Origin: Desulfatiglandales bacterium
Lineage (GTDB): Bacteria; Desulfobacterota; DSM-4660; Desulfatiglandales; HGW-15
Assembly: GCA_963667015.2 (NCBI GenBank)
Contig: CAXXJJ010000004.1
Coordinates: 3,808,001 to 3,872,000 of the forward strand
Direction: 5' to 3'
DNA length: 64,000 nt
Below the pieces are notes generated by a model, which worked only from the letters and a program-made list of their open reading frames with translations, was not told where the DNA came from and ran no database searches. The position numbers and the translations under genes were made by a program. Below are positions 31,335-40,487 of the stretch, piece after piece; the first letter of the stretch is position 1; every line of letters starts with the position of its first letter.

Positions 31335-31883
31335 ATGAAAACCGCTATTATCCTTCTTATTGCAGTCTTGTCATTCTGTTGTATTCCTGAAGCATCAGCA
31401 CTTGACAGGATTATCATTACAAATAACAAAGAACTTATCACCTTTGATGACATCATAGCTGAGTATAAAGGATTAAAAAGAGATTTGGAATCTGAGCGTA
31501 ATAATTTTGAAGAAACAGACGCATATATAAATCGAATAAAAAAGAGTAAAGAAAAATTATCTTCGTTTTTAAATACAGTATATGAAGGGCAATTCAATTT
31601 AGATAATGTTTCAATGGATTGGAGCAGTAATCGATTAATTACAACAAGGGAACTTCCCGTTGAATTTACAGGGGGAGAAGATGGATGCAAAGAACTTTTA
31701 ATATCAACAGTCTTGCCACATCTAAGGCTTAGAGAACTCATCACCTTTAAAAAACATATTAGCTACTTTATCACTTTTAAGTTAAATGAAAATTGCGTCA
31801 TGCAATTCATAAATATAAAGGTGGTTTATAGAGGAGAGGAAATCCTTAATGAGATGAGTATACAGGAAAAGGGACATCTTTAA
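31335..31883 (+). CDS. Hypothetical exported protein
   Basis: RBS AAGGAG, signal peptide, AT-rich. Confidence 0.65.
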   Translation: MKTAIILLIAVLSFCCIPEASALDRIIITNNKELITFDDIIAEYKGLKRDLESERNNFEETDAYINRIKKSKEKLSSFLNTVYEGQFNLDNVSMDWSSNRLITTRELPVEFTGGEDGCKELLISTVLPHLRLRELITFKKHISYFITFKLNENCVMQFINIKVVYRGEEILNEMSIQEKGHL

Positions 31884-31942
31884 TCATTTAAAGATGCCCC
31901 TGTTTATATTCAACAGGGAAAGATCCCTCGCCGGGATGGATC

Positions 31943-32290
31943 TTAGTTTAAAAGGTTTTCTGACTTCAGGCGGCCAATGATTTCCGTTGTGGATTTAAGC
32001 CGATCCATGGTGTAAAAGTGAAGTCCGGGAACCCCTTTTTCAAGCAATCCCCGACACTGCTCAACGGCAAAGTCAATTCCCAGATCCAGTACAGCATCTT
32101 TATCTTCCGGGTCCACTGCATCGAGTTTTTGCTGAAGTGCTTCAGGTATAGACGACCTGCAGACTTTGGACAGCATCTGGGTCATCTTTACCGTATACAC
32201 CGGCATAATGCCCGGAATGATCGGAACATTGATCCCCATAGCCCGGCATTTATCGACAAAATTAAAGTAGTAGTCATTGTCGTAGCAATT
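31943..32290 (-). pseudogene. metF: C-terminal remnant of methylenetetrahydrofolate reductase
   Basis: YDNDYY, VPIIPGIMP, GLHFYTMDR; N-terminal part missing. Confidence 0.8.
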
Positions 32291-32367
32291 AGGAGACACA
32301 GGTAAAAAGGCAACTTAAACTGGCTGACCTCATGCCTTTTTACTCCTGCTCTTACTCCAACAATTAA

Positions 32368-32721
32368 TCACGATATGGCATTCCTTAAGCTCTGCCTGTA
32401 ATAATAACCCTCAACCGTTTTAAAAAATGTTTCCACATTATCAAGGTCAACGTTGGGAGCCAGGTCGCATCCTGAAGAAATTACAAAATTATTAAACATG
32501 GCACATTTATTTAAAAGTTTGAGAGTTTCAATCCTTACAAAATCCGAATTACTGGAATTAAAAACCTTGGCAGGACTTATATTCCCCATCACAAGATAAT
32601 TCCTTGGCAGATGTTCAAGCATCGGAAGTATATCCACAGAATCCCCCGGGAATGTTAAGATGGGTAATGCTTTTTTTCTTTCTGTATATATAATCTGTTC
32701 AATCCAATTGTACATATTCAT
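32368..32721 (-). pseudogene. Internally deleted UroD/MtaA-family methyltransferase
   Basis: N-terminal LPILTFPG joined to C-terminal VMGNISP and ISSGCDL; only 117 aa. Confidence 0.7.
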
Positions 32722-32794
32722 AATGCTGTCTTCCTTTAATATTTTTGATTCTGTTTTGCTGATATCAGCATTTAAAAAATTTGAAATTCAGAAG

Positions 32795-32810
32795 TGCACG
32801 GCCCGTGCCA
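32795..32810 (-). promoter_or_regulatory. Sigma-54 -24/-12 promoter
   Basis: TGGCACGGGCCGTGCA. Confidence 0.55.
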
Positions 32811-33019
32811 TGATATGCAGTAAGGATATTTAATACCTGTTCAGGGAGGACATGGTTCACGCTGATTAAAGCCAGATAATTCAATGGGATAACAACGCGA
32901 TAAAAAATTGGATCAATCAAAAAAGAAAGATCGGCAACAGGTTTGAAGTCTTGGTGTGTATTGATTTTTTACACTGTGGAAAATTTGGAAAGAATATAAA
33001 TTGAGCCCTCTACTGATTT

Positions 33020-33241
33020 TTAATCAACACCTAATGCCTCTAAATCAGCAAGATCCTTTTTTCTTCCTACTGATTTTTTGTTTTGTATGAGTCGGTCTAA
33101 TCCAATATAGCTTACAGGTATATCTCCAGTATATCTTGGCGCTCCATGAAATGCCAGGGCATAGCCTCCAACTATCAAATATTCAACTTTATGTGCGTTC
33201 AGTAACTCTAGCAACTCTTTGAAGTCTGTCTGAATTTCCAT
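33020..33241 (-). pseudogene. Internally deleted nucleotidyltransferase-family gene
   Basis: YLIVGGYALAFHGAPRYTGD joined to LIQNKKSVGRKKDLADL. Confidence 0.65.
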
Positions 33242-33371
33242 GTAACTGCCTTCTTAAGTATTCAACTGCAAGTATTCTTTCGTTTGGATCTTTACTAAGC
33301 CAGTATTTAAGATCCTCACGGATGGAATCATCTTTATTCATGTCTGCTATTTTTACTACTTTGGCTATCAT
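33189..33371 (-). CDS. Small hypothetical protein, probable partner of the nucleotidyltransferase
   Basis: DLKYWLSKDPNERILAVEYLR...RLQRVARV; overlaps the downstream gene. Confidence 0.55.
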   Translation of the reverse strand: MIAKVVKIADMNKDDSIREDLKYWLSKDPNERILAVEYLRRQLHGNSDRLQRVARVTERT

Positions 33372-33480
33372 ATAAATTGACCTGTTTTTATTTAACATCA
33401 GTTTGTTTTCGCAACATTATAAAACAAGTTATTAATAAAGTTAAGTCTATTTTAAATCCGTTTCTATTTGTACCCCTTGA

Positions 33481-33603
33481 TTACTCCTTTTCCAGTCGAA
33501 CAGCACAGGCCTTGAATTCCGCGGTTTTGGAAACCGGATCAAATGCCGGATTGGTTATCCAGTTAGCGCACCCTTCCCTGAAATGAAAATCCATCCAGAC
33601 CAG
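33481..33603 (-). pseudogene. C-terminal remnant of a formate dehydrogenase alpha subunit
   Basis: LVWMDFHFREGCANWITNPAFDPVSKTAEFKACAVRLEKE-stop, no start; absent from the ORF track. Confidence 0.75.
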
Positions 33604-33643
33604 TGCGGAGACAGTGACTGGGAGACTGGGATGCCTTTACTTA

Positions 33644-33697
33644 TTTACCCTGTTAAATGCTGTTTCGCAGCCAGCTTTGCGGATTTAACAGGATAAA
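33644..33697. repeat. Palindromic element related to the hairpin at 35641-35670
   Basis: TACCCTGTTAAAT...TAACAGG arms at both sites. Confidence 0.55.
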
Positions 33698-33744
33698 CTT
33701 GCCATTCCTATTCTAACATCATTTAAAAAAATTCAATAAAATTT

Positions 33745-34185
33745 TTAGGCGGCAATTTTCTGTTTCCATCCATATACCGGCCCCAGTGTTCTGATTATTT
33801 CAGTAAATTTTTTGCATGTTTCAGCAAACTGAGGTCCCATGGAAGCAGAGTTATAATAGATATTGACCCTTTCAGGCTCTATTCCTATTTCTTTGAATAA
33901 TGTCTTTGCATATTTAATAAGGGTTGTGGCCTTTTCATTCCCTGACACATAATGACAGTCACCTATCAGGCAGCCTGATAGGAATACTCCGTCCGCGCCA
34001 TTCTCTATAGCCTGCAGCAGGTTGATAAGGGCGATTCTTCCGGTGCATGGAATTTTTATTATTTTAACATTGGCCGGATATCCCAGCCTCAGTGATCCTG
34101 CCAGATCTGCAGCCGCATATGAGCACCACTGGCAGCAGAAGGCTATTATATTCGGCTCAAAATCGTTAATATTTTTCCCGTTCAA
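33745..34185 (-). CDS. mvhD: MvhD-like hydrogenase iron-sulfur subunit, Cys form
   Basis: IIAFCCQWCSYAAADLAG, PCTGRI, GADGV..GCLIGDCHY; probable TTG start at 34185. Confidence 0.88.
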   Translation of the reverse strand: MNGKNINDFEPNIIAFCCQWCSYAAADLAGSLRLGYPANVKIIKIPCTGRIALINLLQAIENGADGVFLSGCLIGDCHYVSGNEKATTLIKYAKTLFKEIGIEPERVNIYYNSASMGPQFAETCKKFTEIIRTLGPVYGWKQKIAA

Positions 34186-34208
34186 CTTATAAATCCTTTG
34201 TATTAAAA

Positions 34209-35492
34209 TTAAAGCCCAAACTCTGCAAGATCCGGCCCCAGGTATGTACGCTCGTTTTCTCCGAGCATTCCCATTGCAAGGCATATTATTGTCCATAGAT
34301 GAACAACATGATAGTCTCCACCAAAATGCTCTCCAATATCATGTATCTGGGCGTGGCAGTTATGGCATGGTACTGCCACATAATTTGCCCCTGTCGCAAT
34401 TATCTGATCAAATTTTATTTTTCCATAGGACTGTCTCTCATCCCTGAAACCGGCCTGAAGTGAGCCTCCTCCACCACCGCAGCAGAAGTTGTTCGACCTG
34501 TTGGGAGTAATGTCCACGAAATTTTCTTCGCCCACAACGGACTTTACTACAAACCGAAGGTCCTCGGCCATTGGATCTCCTATGGACTTCCTTACAATAT
34601 TACATGGGTCCTGGACCGTAAACTTGATCTTGAGGTCTTTGTTCCACTCGGAGTTGACTTTGAGTTTCCCCTCCCTGATCCATTTTGCATAAAGCTGCAC
34701 AACGCTTATGAATTCAAAATTGTGAGGGATATTGAATTTTTTAAGTGCTGCCCATACAGCATAAAATGAGTGCCCGCATTCGGTATTTACAAAATATTTG
34801 CAGCCCAGTTTATCTATATGCTCTGCCTGTGCCCGGACTATATACTCCCAGCTTTCATCATCGGCCAGGAACATGCAGTAGTTTTCTCCGGCCCACATAT
34901 CGGAATAGTATGTCCAGTCTGCCCCTGCTTTATGAAGTATCTTCCACAAAGGAAGGAGTTCATCAGGTTCGGTAACAGGCTCCCTGGAATTCTGGTTAAA
35001 GCAGTACATGGCCCCTTCCCTGTCTATTGAGGCCTGAAAATCCTCAAATCCTTCCTGCTCACGAAGTTCTTCGGCCAGGTCTTCAATTACAAATTTATAA
35101 TCATCAAGAGGAACACCCATTGCACCTCCCCTGGACTTTACATGATGATCACAGGAGCCGAGTATTCCCTTTGGTCTTTCCTCCCTGGGCCACTGGGACC
35201 GGAGATAATAGATGATATTTGGAATATCGATATCCATGGGGCATGCATGCTGGCACCGTTTGCACATTGTACATACCCATAACCATGGATTGCGCTCAAC
35301 CTCTTCATCCAGACCAAAAGCAATCATTCTGAGCAGTTTTCTCGGGTCCATGTCCATCTGGCCTGTAGCCGGACAACCCCCTGAACATGTACCGCAGGTC
35401 AGGCAGAGATTGAGATTTGCTCCATTAAGCAAATGATTGATTTCTTTTCGGATATTTCCTTTTGCTTTTGTTAAATCTATAGCTTCGCTCAT
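34209..35492 (-). CDS. HdrC/HdrD-like Fe-S oxidoreductase (CCG domain)
   Basis: CLTCGTCSGGCP, CTMCKRCQHACP, ECGH, QDPC, CCGGGGG, PCHNC. Confidence 0.85.
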   Translation of the reverse strand: MSEAIDLTKAKGNIRKEINHLLNGANLNLCLTCGTCSGGCPATGQMDMDPRKLLRMIAFGLDEEVERNPWLWVCTMCKRCQHACPMDIDIPNIIYYLRSQWPREERPKGILGSCDHHVKSRGGAMGVPLDDYKFVIEDLAEELREQEGFEDFQASIDREGAMYCFNQNSREPVTEPDELLPLWKILHKAGADWTYYSDMWAGENYCMFLADDESWEYIVRAQAEHIDKLGCKYFVNTECGHSFYAVWAALKKFNIPHNFEFISVVQLYAKWIREGKLKVNSEWNKDLKIKFTVQDPCNIVRKSIGDPMAEDLRFVVKSVVGEENFVDITPNRSNNFCCGGGGGSLQAGFRDERQSYGKIKFDQIIATGANYVAVPCHNCHAQIHDIGEHFGGDYHVVHLWTIICLAMGMLGENERTYLGPDLAEFGL

Positions 35493-35676
35493 ACTTTAAT
35501 CTCCATTTTGATAAGGGATATGTAATTTTTCTGCTCAAACTGCACTCCTGGATCAGGGTCAGTCTGCCACAGTAAAAATTAACCTCGGGATAGTCGAAAA
35601 TTGACAACAGGCTGGTAACAAGTAATCAACTGCATGGGGATACCCTGTTAAATAGAAAAATAACAGGGTATTAGTA

Positions 35677-35760
35677 TCAGTTTTCGACCATGACCAAATG
35701 ACGACCAGTCCAGGTGTCATATGATGCAACAATTCATGTAAAGCCGAAAACCTTTTTCAT
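35677..35760 (-). CDS. Leader peptide 2, MKKVFGFT-U-IVASYDTWTGRHLVMVEN (UGA at 35736-35734)
   Basis: Paralogue of leader 1; hairpin ATGAC-ACC-TGGACT-GGT-C-GTCAT starts 13 nt after UGA; ends TGA-TAC-TAA. Confidence 0.72.
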
Positions 35761-35822
35761 TTGGATGCGCCTTCTTCCGGTTAAGTGGATAGAGTATAAA
35801 GATTAAGCAATACACATTTATA

Positions 35823-35874
35823 AGTCAAACAGGAAAACCCGATATAGAAAACATTTCATTAAACATATTCCGAT
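35823..35874 (-). promoter_or_regulatory. Shared operator/promoter, site 6 (hdrD-like/mvhD operon)
   Basis: ATCGGAATATGTTTA-N16-ATCGGGTTTTCCTGT-TTGACT. Confidence 0.77.
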
Positions 35875-36020
35875 TTCAGAAAATTCTATATTCTTCTTCC
35901 TGAAAACAAGAAGGGGGGCTGCAGTATCGGTGAAACGCCCTGCTATATTGAGCCTGCAGGGAAAAATCCCAGCGCCAATAATTGGCCTTAATCAAACCCT
36001 GCAGGCGGCTTCTATTTTGA

Positions 36021-36296
36021 TTACCTCCACACCGGTGCATCGGGGATGATTTTCATCAGACAGATATCGTCCCCCATCTTGACACTCTTTAAAAGTGCAA
36101 CTTCGACATTGCATTGGAAGGCTCTTTCAAAAAGGACTTTACTGTATCCCGCGGAGCACTGACACCATGTGTCGTTGTCCTCGGATGCTGCCTCCCCGTT
36201 CTCCCCGTATACAATTGCCTCTGCTATTTCAGCATTACTTACCGCGGCAATACTATATGAAATTATCTGTTCCTGAATTTTTCTTATATTAAACAT
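36021..36296 (-). pseudogene. Short Cys-containing hypothetical gene, probably internally deleted
   Basis: TWCQCSAGY..FE..VKMGDDIC resembles the C-terminus of a longer family. Confidence 0.4.
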
Positions 36297-36526
36297 GCTG
36301 TTACCTCAATCTTTCATCTTAAATTTTTAAAGCTGCATTTTGCACGCATGATGGCCTTTGTTTCCATACAAATACACAAATGGCCTGGTTACATGCTCAT
36401 TATACACACGTCTCCCGAAGCCGGCATTTACACTCCTATGCCAGCGGACGACCATGCTTGACGCGATAGTCCTTATCAATACATTTCGTTAAAAATTACC
36501 AAACTGTTAGATATTTTGACCCCGAA

Positions 36527-36578
36527 ATAGGTTATGCCCATTATTTGATCAATCTATATCGATTTTTCCTGTTTGACC
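36527..36578 (+). promoter_or_regulatory. Shared operator/promoter, site 7 (third DCCP and its activase)
   Basis: ATAGGTTATGCCCAT-N16-ATCGATTTTTCCTGT-TTGACC. Confidence 0.8.
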
Positions 36579-36642
36579 GGCTAACTTCATTCATGCAACA
36601 TAACGATATGTTATTAACAATATAATTAAGGAGATTAATACC

Positions 36643-37920
36643 ATGAGTGAAGACTACAGATCCATGTGGACAGATTTAGGGCTTGATCTTGAAGCACATG
36701 ACGCACTGCTGGCTGTCCTTGGACAGGCATATAAGGATATTTACCTCTCCCAGGAAGACCGGCCCGAGGAGATGAGTTATTTTGATTTCGTTATAAGCAA
36801 TGTACACAGTCTCCGGATAAAAGAACTGCTTGATGAAAAAAAGGAAGGACGTAAAATTATCGGCTCCTACTGTGTGTTTGTTCCCGAAGAGATCGTACTT
36901 GCTGCAAACGCCACACTTATCGGACTCTGCTCGGGCGCTGACTTTGCCATGGAGGAGGTAGAAAAATATCTGCCCAGGAACACATGCGCACTTATCAAAT
37001 CCTCTTTCGGTTTCAAGCTTGGGAAGGTATGTCCTTACCTGGAAAGCGCAGACATGATAGTTGGTGAAAATACATGTGACGGCAAGAAAAAGGCCTATGA
37101 AACCCTGGGAGGCCTTGTCAACAACCTCTATGTAATGGATATTCCACAGGTAAAATCGGTTCAGGGCAGAGAGCTGCTTAAACAGGAATATGCCCGTTTT
37201 AAAGAGAGTGTGGAGAACCTTACCGGCAGAAAAATAACAATAGAATCCCTGAAAGAGGCAATAAAAACAGTAAATGCAAAGCGTGCGGCAATGCACAGGC
37301 TGTCATCACTGAGAAAATATGATCCGGCCCCCATATCCGGACTGGATGCACTGCTTGCAAACCAGGTATTTTTTTATGATAACCCCGGTCGATTTACTGC
37401 ATCTGTGAACAGGATATGCGACGAACTTGAAAAACGTATTGAGGACAAAAAGGGTGTGTTTCCTGAAAAGACTCCCAGGATTTTAATTTCCGGATGCCCC
37501 CAGGCAGTGCCCAACTGGAAACTTCCCTATCTTATTGAAACATCAGGGGCCGTCATCGTTGGCGAGGAATCATGTGTAGGAGAAAGAGGAGTAAGAAACC
37601 TTACAGATGACTCAGGACAAACAATAGATGAAATGATGGAAGCGATTGTAGACAGGTACTTCAAGGTTGACTGCGCTATCTTTACCCCCAACCAGGAAAG
37701 ATGCGACCATGTGAAAGAGATGTTCAACGAATATAACGCAGATGGCGTTATCCATTACGGGCTTCAGTTCTGCCAGCCCTATATCATGGAATCCATCCCT
37801 GTAGAAAAGGCCCTTGAAGACAGTGAGATTCCGACACTCCGAATAGAAACGGATTATAACATGGAAGATGCAGGTCAGCTGAAGACAAGGATCGAGGCAT
37901 TTATTGAGCAATTGAAGTAG
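36643..37920 (+). CDS. Double-cubane-cluster-containing anaerobic reductase, long form
   Basis: YCVFVPEE, GLCSG, RNTCALIKS, CPY, ENTCDGKKK, EESCVG, DCAIFTPN, LQFCQPY. Confidence 0.88.
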   Translation: MSEDYRSMWTDLGLDLEAHDALLAVLGQAYKDIYLSQEDRPEEMSYFDFVISNVHSLRIKELLDEKKEGRKIIGSYCVFVPEEIVLAANATLIGLCSGADFAMEEVEKYLPRNTCALIKSSFGFKLGKVCPYLESADMIVGENTCDGKKKAYETLGGLVNNLYVMDIPQVKSVQGRELLKQEYARFKESVENLTGRKITIESLKEAIKTVNAKRAAMHRLSSLRKYDPAPISGLDALLANQVFFYDNPGRFTASVNRICDELEKRIEDKKGVFPEKTPRILISGCPQAVPNWKLPYLIETSGAVIVGEESCVGERGVRNLTDDSGQTIDEMMEAIVDRYFKVDCAIFTPNQERCDHVKEMFNEYNADGVIHYGLQFCQPYIMESIPVEKALEDSEIPTLRIETDYNMEDAGQLKTRIEAFIEQLK

Positions 37921-37942
37921 CTTAAAAAAGCAAAAACTAATA

Positions 37943-38066
37943 TCTCGCCCGCTTCGCTAGAGTCCGCAGAGATCGCAGAGAAAAGCAAAAATATTTTTTT
38001 ATTTTTTCTTTAAAACATAAATCGTTTTTCTCTGTGTCCTCTGTGAGCGCAGCGAATGGGCGAGAG
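37943..38066. repeat. MITE-like palindromic element, copy 1
   Basis: TCTCGCCC...GGGCGAGA ends with internal CGCAGAG/CTCTGTG arms; related copy at 60802-60925. Confidence 0.65.
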
Positions 38067-38086
38067 AAAATTTTATAAGGATTACA

Positions 38087-38839
38087 ATGAATTTTGCAGG
38101 AATAGATATAGGCTCACGCACAATTGAGCTGGTTGTAATAAATGAGGCAGGGAAGATAATACAAAGCCTTCAGGCAGATACCGGATTTGACCCAGCCATG
38201 ACAGCAAAAGAACTTTTAGTTCAGGCTCCGCATGACCATATCATGGCAACAGGTTATGGCCGAAATCTTTTTGAAATCAACTTTGATGCCCCTACTGTAA
38301 CAGAAATAAAGGCCCATGCCACAGGTGCAAGGGCCTTTTTTCCTGACATCCGCACGGTTATCGATATCGGCGGACAGGACAGCAAGGCAATATCTTTATT
38401 TGAAAACGGCAGGGTAAAAAAATTTGAAATGAATGACAGGTGTGCTGCGGGCACCGGCAAGTTTCTTGAAATCATGGCAAAGACACTTGGTTTTGATATT
38501 GATGAGTTTGGGGATGAAGCACTCAAGGCTGAAGAGAATGTAAGTATATCCAGCATGTGCACTGTATTTGCCGAATCCGAAGTAACATCACTTATAGCAA
38601 AGGGACAAAACAGAAGAAACATAGCAAAAGGGCTCCATGCAAGTGTAGTTAACAGGGCCTTCGGAATGATAAACCGCATTTCATCGGAGGGTGATATCGT
38701 GTTTACCGGCGGTGTTGCCAAAAATCCCTGCATGAGAGAACTGCTTTCAAAAAAACTGGGCAGAAAGGTAGTTGTGCCTGATGACCCACAGCTTGTAGGA
38801 GCCTATGGCGCAGCATTAATTGTAATGAATTCCGATTAA
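38087..38839 (+). CDS. ATP-dependent activase (DCCP-reductase type)
   Basis: GIDIGS, TGYGR, DIGGQDSK, NDRCAAGTGKFLE, CTVFAESE. Confidence 0.9.
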   Translation: MNFAGIDIGSRTIELVVINEAGKIIQSLQADTGFDPAMTAKELLVQAPHDHIMATGYGRNLFEINFDAPTVTEIKAHATGARAFFPDIRTVIDIGGQDSKAISLFENGRVKKFEMNDRCAAGTGKFLEIMAKTLGFDIDEFGDEALKAEENVSISSMCTVFAESEVTSLIAKGQNRRNIAKGLHASVVNRAFGMINRISSEGDIVFTGGVAKNPCMRELLSKKLGRKVVVPDDPQLVGAYGAALIVMNSD

Positions 38840-38867
38840 AACCATTGTAGATACCGCATAAAAAATC

Positions 38868-39098
38868 TTTAATGAAAGCAGCGAGGTTGTTAATGATTTT
38901 GTCAGCTTAATATCCCTTGCCCCGGATCACGTTCATGTACTGGTAGCGTCGAATGGAGAATTATCGGTTGATGAGCTGATAAACAGGATAAAAGAATTTA
39001 CAGGCAGGGGATTGTTAAGTGAATGCCCCAAATTAAAAAAATCATTTGAAAATGATTCAATCTGGGATGATGCCTATTTTGTAGAGACAATGGATTAA
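38868..39098 (+). pseudogene. IS200/Y1 transposase-like C-terminal remnant
   Basis: LAPDHVHVLV (HUH motif)...IWDDAYFVETMD-stop; no start. Confidence 0.6.
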
Positions 39099-39164
39099 TA
39101 TAATTCTGATGTTTCGCAAATACATGAAGATTTGTGAATCATTGATTCTGCCTTCTCACCTTTC

Positions 39165-39194
39165 GTCATTACCCGGCTCGACCGGGTAATCCAG
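39165..39194. repeat. REP-like palindrome
   Basis: ATTACCCGG-CTCGA-CCGGGTAAT. Confidence 0.45.
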
Positions 39195-39327
39195 TTTTTT
39201 GATAACAGAATAAAGTTGAACAATACTTCAAGATTCCATCTCATATAAAGCAATTGCCCGGCTACCATTTTTCTGTTACAACAAATCCTCAAATAATAAA
39301 TAACTCACCGATATTTTAGAAAAATTT

Positions 39328-40074
39328 ATGAATAAACAAGAATTAAAACAACTCGAAGATGATCTATGGCGCAGTGCTGATACATTACGCGCCAACTCAG
39401 ACCTCAAAGCCAGTGAATACTCCACCCCGGTCCTTGGGCTTATATTTCTTAAATTTGCAGACAACCGATACCGTCAGAGTGAAAAAGAGATAATGGCGGA
39501 ATATGCCAAGCTAAAAGGTACACGAAGAGAAAAACCCCTTTCAGAAATAGCCATAGAAAAATGCGGTTTTTATCTGCCTGATCATGCAAGGTATACTTAT
39601 CTGCTTAATCTACCGGAAAAAGAAGAGATCGACAAGGCTATAAAAAAAGCCATGGAGGCAATAGAGGAATATAAATCCGAACTCCAGGGAGTGCTTCCGC
39701 AGGATGAATATTTCAGGCTAACACGCACTGATAAAAGCATACCAAAGCAGCTTTTAAAAAACTTCTCCAATATTCCTGAAGATGCAAGCGGTGATATGTT
39801 CGGCCAGATTTATGAATATTTCCTGAGCAAGTTTGCCATGGCAGAAGGACAGGGAGGAGGAGAATTCTTCACTCCAAGATCGGTTGTTCGTCTCATGGTA
39901 GAAATTATCGAACCCCATTCCCGAACAAAAATAATTGTGCGTTCCACAGTTGAAAAGGTACAGGATGAAAACCTGCCAAAAAGTTATGACCGGATTCTGT
40001 TCAAGAAGAAGTGTGAAAATGTCTATGACCTGATTTTTGATTATGCCAGCAGAGGTGTTAAATGGGCGGCATAA
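39328..40074 (+). pseudogene. hsdM: Collapsed type I R-M locus: HsdM N-terminus fused to an HsdR-like C-terminal tail
   Basis: LWRSADTLR, YEYFL, GEFFTPRSVV; SAM-binding and NPPF motifs absent. Confidence 0.78.
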
Positions 40075-40487
40075 ATACTGACTGGTGGTAGCCTGATGTA
40101 TAAATGGGGACGCTTCTTTTTCGAACTTATAAGGAATTCTTACAAGTTCGAAAGGAGAGCAGTCGGGACGTTAAGCGCCATTTGAAATATGGGGGGCGCA
40201 GGTAAAAATGTAAAACTTGTCGATTTCGACCTGATTAAGTCTCTCGAATTCGAGTGGTTTAGAAATGGAGGGACACGCTGGGAACGGGTATTATTTTCGC
40301 CTGGCTCCCACAGTCGCTGTTGGAACCTATTTTTAAACGCTCAGTGTTGAATTTTGATAAAGGTAAAAATGTCAATTCGTTGAAAGCCTGTTACCAAACA
40401 TTTCGGTATCTGGGCTACCCAACGACTGAAAGAATATATTAAAAGTTTTGCACTGAATGACAGCTGCTTTAAAAGCGGTAATTCAAT

